Source: Pyrobaculum neutrophilum V24Sta
GTDB lineage: Archaea > Thermoproteota > Thermoprotei > Thermoproteales > Thermoproteaceae
Assembly (NCBI RefSeq): GCF_000019805.1
Contig: NC_010525.1
Span: 1,258,618-1,290,617, forward strand
Direction: 5' to 3'
Length of the DNA stretch: 32,000 bases
Positions 8,704 to 14,879 of the stretch are shown here, piece after piece. Within the stretch, counting starts at the first letter, position 1, and every line of letters begins with the position of its first letter. Under the pieces are notes generated by a model, which saw only the letters and a list, made by a program, of their open reading frames with translations, did no database searches and was not told the origin of the DNA. Made by a program: the position numbers and the translations under genes.

Positions 8704-9608
8704 GGCCGACGGTCGCGGTACACGGAGGAGCCGGCCTCTGGAACATCGGGGAGGAGGAAAGGGAGAGGGTTAAGAGGGCTTTGAGAGACGCGGTGGAGGA
8801 GGGGCTTACCGCAGTGCAGAGGGGGTCCGCCCTAGACGCCGTGGTTGCCTCGGTGGAGTACATGGAGAAGAGCGGGGTCTTCAACGCAGGATACGGCGCG
8901 GCTTATGCGGCAGACGGCGCCGTTTATCTAGACGCGGGGGTGATGGACGGTAGGACGAAAAAAGCAGGCGCCGTCGCCGCCGTGGGGGCCGTCAAAAGCG
9001 CGGTGAGGCTGGCGCGCTTGGTCATGGAGCAGACGGACCACGTGATACTTGCCGGGGAGGGGGCCATGTTGCTCGCCGCCAGAGCTGGGCTACTGGAGGC
9101 GAGGCATAGGTTCTATTCGGAGGGAAAAAACAGGAGGTTCGGCGAAGTGTTGGAGGAGGCTAGACGGGGCCGGTGGCCCTATAGGAGGTCCGCCGGCTTA
9201 ATAGGAGACACGGTGGGGGCGGTTGCCCTCGATAGAGAGGGCAACGTGGCCGCCGCCACCTCCACGGGAGGCGTTTGGCTCAAGTGGCCTGGGAGGGTGG
9301 GAGATAGCCCTATACCCGGCGCGGGCTACTGGGCGGAAAACGGCGTTGGCGCGTTCAGCGCGACGGGACTGGGGGAGGCGATCTTGATGAGTCACCTCTG
9401 CCTGAGGGCGCGCGACGCCCTTGTGGAGATGGGCGACGTGGCTAAGGCGGTGGAACGTGCCGTGGGACAGATCACAGAGGCCTACGGCTCCGACACAGCG
9501 GGCATCATTGCCGTAGACGCCAGAGGCAACACGGCCTACGCCTTTAACACAAAGGCCATGGCCAGAGGTTGGGGTAGGCCTGGGGAGCCGATATACGCGG
9601 AGCTCTAG
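8700..9608 (+). CDS. Isoaspartyl peptidase / plant-type L-asparaginase (Ntn hydrolase)
   Basis: VAVHGGAG N-terminal motif and a GDTVGAVALD autoprocessing/Thr-nucleophile motif. The GTG start overlaps the S4 stop (GTGA). Confidence 0.8.
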   Translation: MRPTVAVHGGAGLWNIGEEERERVKRALRDAVEEGLTAVQRGSALDAVVASVEYMEKSGVFNAGYGAAYAADGAVYLDAGVMDGRTKKAGAVAAVGAVKSAVRLARLVMEQTDHVILAGEGAMLLAARAGLLEARHRFYSEGKNRRFGEVLEEARRGRWPYRRSAGLIGDTVGAVALDREGNVAAATSTGGVWLKWPGRVGDSPIPGAGYWAENGVGAFSATGLGEAILMSHLCLRARDALVEMGDVAKAVERAVGQITEAYGSDTAGIIAVDARGNTAYAFNTKAMARGWGRPGEPIYAEL

Positions 9609-9626
9609 CGGAAAAGTGAAATTTCC

Positions 9627-9839
9627 CTAAGCCCTCTTCCTCCAGGTCTTCGACTCTGGGTCGAACTTGAAGCCCATCTTCTTCAGCTCGGTTATGGTCT
9701 CCCTGAACTGGGACTCTGGCAATCTCCTGCCTTTGCCCACCTTCACCACGATCTCGCCCTCCTCCTCTGTGTACTCTACGGGGAGTCTGCGGAGGACGTC
9801 CTCCACGTTTTGCCTCTTTTTCTCGTCCATTGGACCCAC
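9627..9839 (-). CDS. Small basic hypothetical protein
   Basis: 70-aa ORF with clean coding appearance and no recognisable motif. The start could instead be the second ATG (MDEKK). Confidence 0.5.
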   Translation of the reverse strand: MGPMDEKKRQNVEDVLRRLPVEYTEEEGEIVVKVGKGRRLPESQFRETITELKKMGFKFDPESKTWRKRA

Positions 9840-9866
9840 AGATCCGTGATATATAAAGGTTTGGGT

Positions 9867-10226
9867 TTAGAAAAGCCGGGATATCTTAACGATCTTCTTC
9901 ATCGCAAGATCCAAAGCCCACGGGGGGAGCTCGAAGTTCTTCAACACGTGGTTTACGAGCTTCTCCACCTCGCCGCAGTCTAAACCGCCCTGTTCTCTAC
10001 AGAGCTTAACGAGGTACCTAGATCTGGCCTCGAAGAGCTCGGGGGTCATCTCAACGCGTCTACACCTGTGGTCGTAGGTGTAGCCCCTCTCCAGGTCGCG
10101 CATGTGGAGGTATAGATGAGCCGCCGCCTTACCCACGTCGATTCTGCCGCCTTCCACATACATCCCCTCGTTTACGGCGTAGCAACTCCGGAGGCCCGAA
10201 TATATGAGTCTATCCTCCACGGCCAT
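9867..10226 (-). CDS. Hypothetical protein
   Basis: 119-aa ORF with no recognisable motif. It is divergent from the DUF72 gene, with only 24 nt between the two start codons. Confidence 0.5.
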   Translation of the reverse strand: MAVEDRLIYSGLRSCYAVNEGMYVEGGRIDVGKAAAHLYLHMRDLERGYTYDHRCRRVEMTPELFEARSRYLVKLCREQGGLDCGEVEKLVNHVLKNFELPPWALDLAMKKIVKISRLF

Positions 10227-10250
10227 TTAAATCTACGGCTTTTTAAAGGC

Positions 10251-10967
10251 ATGGAGATATATGTCGGGACGTGCGGCTTTCCGAAGTCTCGTCGGGCTAT
10301 ATACGAGGCGTTAGACGCTGTGGAGCTACAGGAGACGTTCTACAACATGCCGAACCCCGAGAGGATGGCTAAGCTGAGGCAGGAGGCCCCCCAGTTCCGC
10401 TTCACGGCGAAGGTGTTCCAGGGCCTCACGCACCCGCCGGGTAGTCCAACCTTCAAGAGGACGAGGGGGTTCAAGCCCGGGGAGAAACACGGCCTTCTAA
10501 AGCCCACGGGCGAGAACCTGGAGCTCTGGCAGAGGTTCCTCGAGGCCGTGGCGCCGCTTAAGCCGGAGGTGTTGGTGTTTCAGACGCCCCCCAGCCTAAG
10601 GCCTGAGCCGTACATCTACGACTTCTTCGCCTCGGTGGTCGGCGGTGTAAAAATAGCGTGGGAGCCCAGAGGCGAGACGTATAGAGACCCCGCCTTGATA
10701 CGGAGGGTGGCAGAGCTTGGCGTGATAATCGCCGTCGACCCCCTGAGGAGAGAGCCGCCCCCCGGCTTCACACGCTACTTCAGACTGCATGGCCTCGGCG
10801 GAGGCGAGGTGAACTACAGATATAGATACACTGGCGAGGATCTGTCCAGAGTCGCCGGCATACTGACGAGCTTGGGGAGCGGCGAGACCTACGTCATGTT
10901 CAACAACGTGTATATGTACGAAGACGCGCTGGCCCTCAAACGCTTGTTAAAACAGCAAAAAACTTAA
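10251..10967 (+). CDS. DUF72 (UPF0759) family protein
   Basis: The N-terminus MEIYVGTCGF is typical of DUF72. I chose ATG 10251 rather than the ORF-track start at 10116, because the upstream extension overlaps the divergent gene. Confidence 0.75.
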   Translation: MEIYVGTCGFPKSRRAIYEALDAVELQETFYNMPNPERMAKLRQEAPQFRFTAKVFQGLTHPPGSPTFKRTRGFKPGEKHGLLKPTGENLELWQRFLEAVAPLKPEVLVFQTPPSLRPEPYIYDFFASVVGGVKIAWEPRGETYRDPALIRRVAELGVIIAVDPLRREPPPGFTRYFRLHGLGGGEVNYRYRYTGEDLSRVAGILTSLGSGETYVMFNNVYMYEDALALKRLLKQQKT

Positions 10968-10992
10968 AAAGACGGTCGTAGTGCCAACTGCC

Positions 10993-11093
10993 GGGCCCGT
11001 AGCTCAGCCCGGTTAGAGCGGCGGAGGACCCAGCCGGGTCTGCCGAGGCTTTTAACCCGTAGGTCGTGGGTTCGAATCCCACCGGGCCCGCCA
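10993..11093 (+). tRNA. tRNA-Lys (anticodon TTT) with one non-canonical intron (11025-11047, between positions 30/31); CCA encoded
   Basis: Acceptor stem GGGCCCG/CGGGCCC, D arm GCTC-AGCCCGGTTA-GAGC, T arm GTGGG-TTCGAAT-CCCAC. The BHB has central helix CGGC/GCCG, 3-nt bulges GGA and AGG, and inner helix GGACCC/GGGTCT. Cutting after the second bulge nucleotide gives anticodon arm GCGGG-CTTTTAA-CCCGT. Confidence 0.85.
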
Positions 11094-11100
11094 GTACTCC

Positions 11101-11676
11101 TCACAGCTCAAAAAGACTGTAGATTACCCTCCTGGCCCCCCGGCAGACGCCCCTCCTCGCTATACAGATGCCGTAGGCCCCCGCCTCCTCTGCCATCCTC
11201 ATGTCGTACTCCGAGTCTCCCACAACCACCATATCCCTCGTGTCGACGGAGAAGCGTTGGCCTACCACATAGAGGGGGTCCGGCGCCGGCTTCCCCCGCG
11301 GCACCTCGTCTCCCCCGAGGACAAAATCCACCAGATGCGACAACCCCGCCGCCTCGATCACCCGCCGCGCCACGTAGCCGCTTGACGATGTGACAACGGC
11401 TATGGGTCTCGGAAGCCTCTCCAGCGCGGAGACGTCCTCGTAGGGCCTCACTAGGGCGAGGTACCTCTCCAGGAACAGCCTATTTTTAAGAGCTGCCAGC
11501 TCTGCGGCCCGCTCCGGGAAAAGCGCCGCCGCAATGTCGCGGGCAGGTAACCCCATCAACGGCTTCACCTCCTCGTATCTCCTCTCGACGCCCATAAGCC
11601 TCAATGCCTCCAGCCACGCCGCGACGTGTGCGTCGACGGACTCCACCAACGTGCCGTCGAGATCGAACACGTACAC
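11101..11676 (-). CDS. HAD-superfamily hydrolase (phosphatase / phosphoglycolate phosphatase-like)
   Basis: Motif I is VFDLDGTLVES, motif II is VVTSS, motif III is K...VVGDSEYD. I chose GTG 11676, downstream of a TTTTTAAA box. The longer ORF-track start would read across the tRNA-Pro gene. Confidence 0.8.
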   Translation of the reverse strand: MYVFDLDGTLVESVDAHVAAWLEALRLMGVERRYEEVKPLMGLPARDIAAALFPERAAELAALKNRLFLERYLALVRPYEDVSALERLPRPIAVVTSSSGYVARRVIEAAGLSHLVDFVLGGDEVPRGKPAPDPLYVVGQRFSVDTRDMVVVGDSEYDMRMAEEAGAYGICIARRGVCRGARRVIYSLFEL

Positions 11677-11705
11677 GCCACCCGAGTCCTGCCGGTTTAA
11701 AAACG

Positions 11706-11817
11706 TGGTGGGGCCGCCGGGATTTGAACCCGGGACCACGTGGGCTCCCGCCGATGGCGGTCCCAAGCCACGCCTCAGGGGGCAACGCCCGATCCTACCA
11801 GGCTAGACGACGGCCCC
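11706..11817 (-). tRNA. tRNA-Pro (anticodon TGG) with two introns (11774-11791 at 25/26; 11745-11761 at canonical 37/38); CCA encoded
   Basis: Acceptor stem GGGGCCG/CGGCCCC, T arm CCGGG-TTCAAAT-CCCGG. Both introns sit in BHB motifs: central helix TAGG/CCTG with bulges ATC/AGG, and central helix CTTG/CGGG with bulges GGA/AGC. The spliced anticodon arm is CGTGG-CTTGGGC-CCACG. Confidence 0.8.
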
Positions 11818-11836
11818 CAATATCCGATCTCCCCGA

Positions 11837-11848
11837 TTTATAAGCTTT
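11837..11848 (-). promoter_or_regulatory. BRE/TATA element of tRNA-Pro
   Basis: The minus strand reads AAAGCTTATAAA and ends 19 nt before the tRNA 5' end. It is identical to the tRNA-Ala element. Confidence 0.6.
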
Positions 11849-11908
11849 ACAACGTCCAGCGGTAGCTTCGTGTTCTACGACACGGCCTCTTAGGGCGAGG
11901 AGGGGTCC

Positions 11909-12038
11909 TGGTGGGCCCGCCGGGATTCGAACCCTATCCCAACCCCCCTCGGCGGGGGGTTGACGGGACCACCCGCGTTCTTAGGCTGTTGCGGGTGTGC
12001 CGTGTAAGGCGGGCATCATGCCGCTAGACTACGGGCCC
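11909..12038 (-). tRNA. tRNA-Val (anticodon TAC) with two introns (11978-12002 at canonical 37/38; 11934-11963 inside the T stem at 51/52); CCA encoded
   Basis: Acceptor stem GGGCCCG/CGGGCCC. The canonical BHB has central helix CTTA/TAAG and bulges CAC/AAC. The T-stem BHB has central helix GTCC/GGAT, bulges CGT/AGG and inner hairpin CAACCCCCC/GGGGGGTTG. Predicted cuts restore T arm CCGGG-TTCGAAT-CCCGG exactly. Confidence 0.85.
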
Positions 12039-12111
12039 TGCCCAACTTTTGAGGGGGTTTTTTAAACTTGTCGCCGTTGTGCCTAAGGCAAGCGTCGGGC
12101 CCAGCGCGTGG

Positions 12112-12345
12112 CTACTGCCCTCTGCCTCCAGCCCAGGTCACCGTGTCGGTTTCTGGGTCCCACACGATGGTGTAGCCGTCTATCCTCATCCGAACTCTCC
12201 CCCTCCGCACCGCGATTATGTAGCCCCTCACCTTCCCCGTCTCTACGTCTACTACGAGCCTGCCTCCGACCACGTCGATTCTAAGCGCCTCCGCCAGTTT
12301 GGACCTCCTTAGTTGCTCGGCGACTTGGGGGAGGTCTGCGGCCAT
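12112..12345 (-). CDS. Hypothetical 77-aa protein, translationally coupled to rpoP
   Basis: Its ATG shares one nucleotide with the rpoP stop (TGATG). This is the in-frame C-terminal part of the 121-aa ORF-track entry. Confidence 0.55.
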   Translation of the reverse strand: MAADLPQVAEQLRRSKLAEALRIDVVGGRLVVDVETGKVRGYIIAVRRGRVRMRIDGYTIVWDPETDTVTWAGGRGQ

Positions 12346-12479
12346 CAGACGGCGGGTATCCGCTTTACGGTTGGGCTTCTGACCTTCATTATTATCTTGA
12401 AGTTGCAGTAGGGGCACCTGATGCCGGGGAGGATCTCCATCTCCGGCTTTGAGAACACCCTCCCACACCTCATACACAT
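12345..12479 (-). CDS. rpoP: DNA-directed RNA polymerase subunit P (Rpo12/RpoP), 44 aa, absent from the ORF track
   Basis: My translation is [44 protein letters not shown]. This is the CxxC...CPYC zinc ribbon with the PG(I/V)RCPYCG-like core typical of archaeal RpoP. The start may be ATG 12473 instead. Confidence 0.8.
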   Translation of the reverse strand: MCMRCGRVFSKPEMEILPGIRCPYCNFKIIMKVRSPTVKRIPAV

Positions 12480-12510
12480 ATAGAGCTTCCTCTCCTCGGC
12501 CACGTCGCTT

Positions 12511-13026
12511 CTAACGCCCCCATTTATAAACGTTGTCGTGGAGGAGTCTTACCCTCTCAACGCCCCCTATCTCGTCAATGTACTGGGCCACCGCCGGCGG
12601 CACCAACGCCCTCCAGCTGTCGTCTCCCTTTGCCATCAGCTGGCGTACCGCCGTGGCTGAGTAGTCGCCGAAGTGGGGGTGGCCTCTGACCTCCACGCCC
12701 CAGTGCCTTAGCGATATGGCCACCCAGGGGTTGTTCGAGTAGACCACGTGGTGGGGCGGGCACCAATGCCGCAGGTAGGCCCCCCAGATGCTCGACGGCC
12801 CGTTGGTGTCTGGGACCGTGCAGAAGAGCAGCCGGCGGTCTGGGCCGAAGTGTCTCCTAAACATCTCGATCCTCTCCCCCGGCGTGAAGGGGTTGTCCGG
12901 GGTAAACGCCTTGTCGGCTGAGCCTATGGCTATCACCACCTCGTCGTGTTGAGAGAGGAGCCACTCCACTGCTTTCACGTGGCCCCAGTGGAGCGGCTGG
13001 AAGCGCCCTACCAGAAGCGCCCTCAT
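12511..13026 (-). CDS. Nicotinamide-nucleotide adenylyltransferase (archaeal NMNAT)
   Basis: [16 protein letters not shown] (the (H/T)xGH motif), [10 protein letters not shown] and a GVERV C-terminus closely follow archaeal NMNAT. I chose ATG 13026, which lies 24 nt from the centre of the ATTTATTAA box. Confidence 0.85.
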   Translation of the reverse strand: MRALLVGRFQPLHWGHVKAVEWLLSQHDEVVIAIGSADKAFTPDNPFTPGERIEMFRRHFGPDRRLLFCTVPDTNGPSSIWGAYLRHWCPPHHVVYSNNPWVAISLRHWGVEVRGHPHFGDYSATAVRQLMAKGDDSWRALVPPAVAQYIDEIGGVERVRLLHDNVYKWGR

Positions 13027-13045
13027 CGCCTTATTGGAGCTACAC

Positions 13046-13054
13046 ATTTATTAA
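13046..13054. promoter_or_regulatory. Shared AT-rich TATA element between NMNAT and the candidate sRNA
   Basis: ATTTATTAA is centred at about 13050. That is 24 nt from the NMNAT ATG (13026, minus strand) and 24 nt from the C box (13074, plus strand). Confidence 0.45.
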
Positions 13055-13073
13055 CCGTGTCCCCGGCCTCCTT

Positions 13074-13121
13074 GTGATGTTGTAGCTCGCGGCTGACGAT
13101 GAGGAGAGGCATACTGGCTGA
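13074..13121 (+). ncRNA. Candidate C/D box sRNA (2'-O-methylation guide)
   Basis: C box GTGATGT (13074-80), 12-nt guide TGTAGCTCGCGG, D' box CTGA (13093-96), C' box ATGAGGA (13099-105), 12-nt guide GAGGCATACTGG, D box CTGA (13118-21). It is intergenic and has a TATA-like box upstream. Confidence 0.5.
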
Positions 13122-13154
13122 CGTCTTTCACATTGTTGAAAGCCGCGGGCGCGG

Positions 13155-13979
13155 TCATCTTCCGCCTAGTAGGGACGCCATGTGCATGATGAGTCTGACG
13201 GCTTTGACAGCTGTTATGTCTGAGACGTCGTTGGGGGGAGAGTACTCCATGATGTCGACGGCGGCGGGCTTGAGCGATAGGATGAGGTCGGCCAGCAGGT
13301 ACTCCAGCTTCCTGTAGCTCAGCCCTCCGGCCTCGGGGGTGCCGACGCCGGGGGCCTCGGATGGGTCCAACACGTCGATATCTAGGCTCAGATACACCCT
13401 CCCCGAGGCGGTGGACACGGCGTCTGACACGTCCTCCCTACTGAAGTCGGGCCCCTCCAACACGTAGAACTGCGCCTCTTCTGCGTATCTGCGCTCCTCG
13501 TCGTCGTACGCCCGAACGCCTATGTAGATGGCGTAGAAGCCCAGCCTCTCGTGGGCTCTCCTGGCGAAGGTGGCGTGTGACAACTTCTGGCCGGGGGGCC
13601 ACTCGTCTCTGAGGTCGAAGTGCGCGTCGATGTGGACATAGGTGTCTGGCCTCAGGGCGTTCAACGCCGCCAGGGTGGCCGTGTGTTCCCCGCCTACCAT
13701 TATGAAGGGGGGCTCCACCTTCTGTATAAACCGCTCTATCCTCGCCACGTTTTCCGCAGGCGCGCCCTGGAGGAGCTCCACATCGCCGAGGTCGCAGAGC
13801 GGCCCCCTGGGGTTGCCGAGGATGGTCGTATATTCGAGGTAGGGCAAGATGGCGCGGATCCTCTGGGGGGCGAACCTGGTCCCCGGCCGGAAGCTCAGGG
13901 TGTCTTCCATCGGCGCTCCGAAGAGCTTGACGTCTCCCGGGCCGCAGACGTTCTTAAGCATGTCTCCCCTCTCGTCCAC
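13155..13979 (-). CDS. speB: Agmatinase (arginase/ureohydrolase family)
   Basis: Metal-binding motifs GGEHTAT, HIDAHFDLRDEW and SLDIDVLDPSEAPGVGTPEAGG. An alternative start is ATG 13961. Confidence 0.85.
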   Translation of the reverse strand: MDERGDMLKNVCGPGDVKLFGAPMEDTLSFRPGTRFAPQRIRAILPYLEYTTILGNPRGPLCDLGDVELLQGAPAENVARIERFIQKVEPPFIMVGGEHTATLAALNALRPDTYVHIDAHFDLRDEWPPGQKLSHATFARRAHERLGFYAIYIGVRAYDDEERRYAEEAQFYVLEGPDFSREDVSDAVSTASGRVYLSLDIDVLDPSEAPGVGTPEAGGLSYRKLEYLLADLILSLKPAAVDIMEYSPPNDVSDITAVKAVRLIMHMASLLGGR

Positions 13980-14835
13980 GTTTATATTTAGGCACTATCT
14001 TGATATCGACGTGGACAATCAGCGGATGCATCTTCGATATCGCCCTAATAGCTCTTGTTCTCAGAGCGTGTAGCCTGCCCACCGTCATGTCTGGGCTTAC
14101 GGCGACTAGCGCATATACGACGAGGAAGCTACCCGCCCTCCTTATTTTAACGATGACGGGTCTGCCCAGCTCCGCAAGCCCCTCCTTGATTTTCTCCTCG
14201 AGGTCTGGGTCTTTATACAACGCGCCGAGTATACCGTACATGGCCTCCTTGGACAGCTTTACCAGCTCGTAGAGGACGTAGCCGTATATCACAAACACTG
14301 CGGCGACCTCCGCCACGGTGAGGTGGAGGAGGTTGCTCACCACTACGGCGGCTGCGGAGGCGGCTGAGAGGGCTGTGTCTATCTTTGCGTGGAGCGCGTC
14401 GGCCTTGATGATCTCCAGCCTGAGCGTGTTGTAGTTGTGTCTCTCCCAGAGATACATGAGGTAGGTGAGCCCTCCCCCCGCGAGGAGGAGCGTGGTCATC
14501 CAGAGCGGCGTGGGCTCGCCGCTTAATCTCACCGACGTGGCGAGGAGGTACGTGTAGAAGCCCAGCACCGCGAACGCCGAGAGCAACGTGAGCAAGCTCT
14601 CGAGTCGGTAGATCTCCCAGGGGAATGACCGCCCCCTTCTAGAGGCGTAGTAGAGGCCGAACCCAGAGACGTAGGCGATGGCGGAATCCATAAACCCGTG
14701 GAAGGCGTCGCTGGTGACCAGTAGGCTACCGTACATAACCCCCAGCAGGAGCTCCACCATGGTGTAGGCAAGCGAGATTGTGCCCATGACGAAGAGGTAA
14801 AGCGAGGCGAGCCACAGTCTGACAGAGGGGTTCAC
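13954..14835 (-). CDS. Cation diffusion facilitator (CDF) family metal efflux transporter
   Basis: Six hydrophobic segments, HxxxD-type motifs in TM2 (SDAFHGFMD) and TM5 (ADALHAKID), and a cytoplasmic C-terminal domain. The GTG start is uncertain. Confidence 0.7.
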   Translation of the reverse strand: MNPSVRLWLASLYLFVMGTISLAYTMVELLLGVMYGSLLVTSDAFHGFMDSAIAYVSGFGLYYASRRGRSFPWEIYRLESLLTLLSAFAVLGFYTYLLATSVRLSGEPTPLWMTTLLLAGGGLTYLMYLWERHNYNTLRLEIIKADALHAKIDTALSAASAAAVVVSNLLHLTVAEVAAVFVIYGYVLYELVKLSKEAMYGILGALYKDPDLEEKIKEGLAELGRPVIVKIRRAGSFLVVYALVAVSPDMTVGRLHALRTRAIRAISKMHPLIVHVDIKIVPKYKRGREGRHA

Positions 14836-14879
14836 GGCCTCCCCAGCCGGGTTATATAAAAGGAAAGGGTCAGGGCGCA

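Noticed and set aside
7902-8723. 273-aa minus-strand ORF, plus similar long antisense ORFs at 7040-7630, 5187-5642, 18955-19539, 20020-20592 and 23335-23883
   Set aside because: Each lies antisense to a gene with strong family signatures (S13/S4, permeases, nitroreductase, crenactin, Rad50-like). Their products are Ser/Arg/Pro-rich and low in complexity. Long antisense ORFs are expected in GC-rich DNA.
11745-11765. Alternative model placing the second tRNA-Pro intron at 42/43, giving anticodon stem CGTGG/CCGCG
   Set aside because: No BHB motif could be built around those junctions. The canonical 37/38 model gives a complete helix-bulge-helix-bulge-helix and an all-Watson-Crick mature stem.
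11677-11843. N-terminal extension of the 221-aa HAD ORF, and ORFs 11486-11785, 11534-11806 and 11604-11843
   Set aside because: They read across the tRNA-Pro gene and its promoter. The HAD DxDxT motif begins right after GTG 11676, which has its own TATA box.
10968-12111. Integrated element or att-site duplication next to the clustered tRNA genes
   Set aside because: There is no integrase, no repeated copy of a tRNA 3' end and no compositional break. The flanking genes are ordinary housekeeping genes.
12346-12477. N-terminal 44 codons of the 121-aa ORF-track entry
   Set aside because: This is an out-of-frame reading of rpoP. The real downstream gene starts at ATG 12345.
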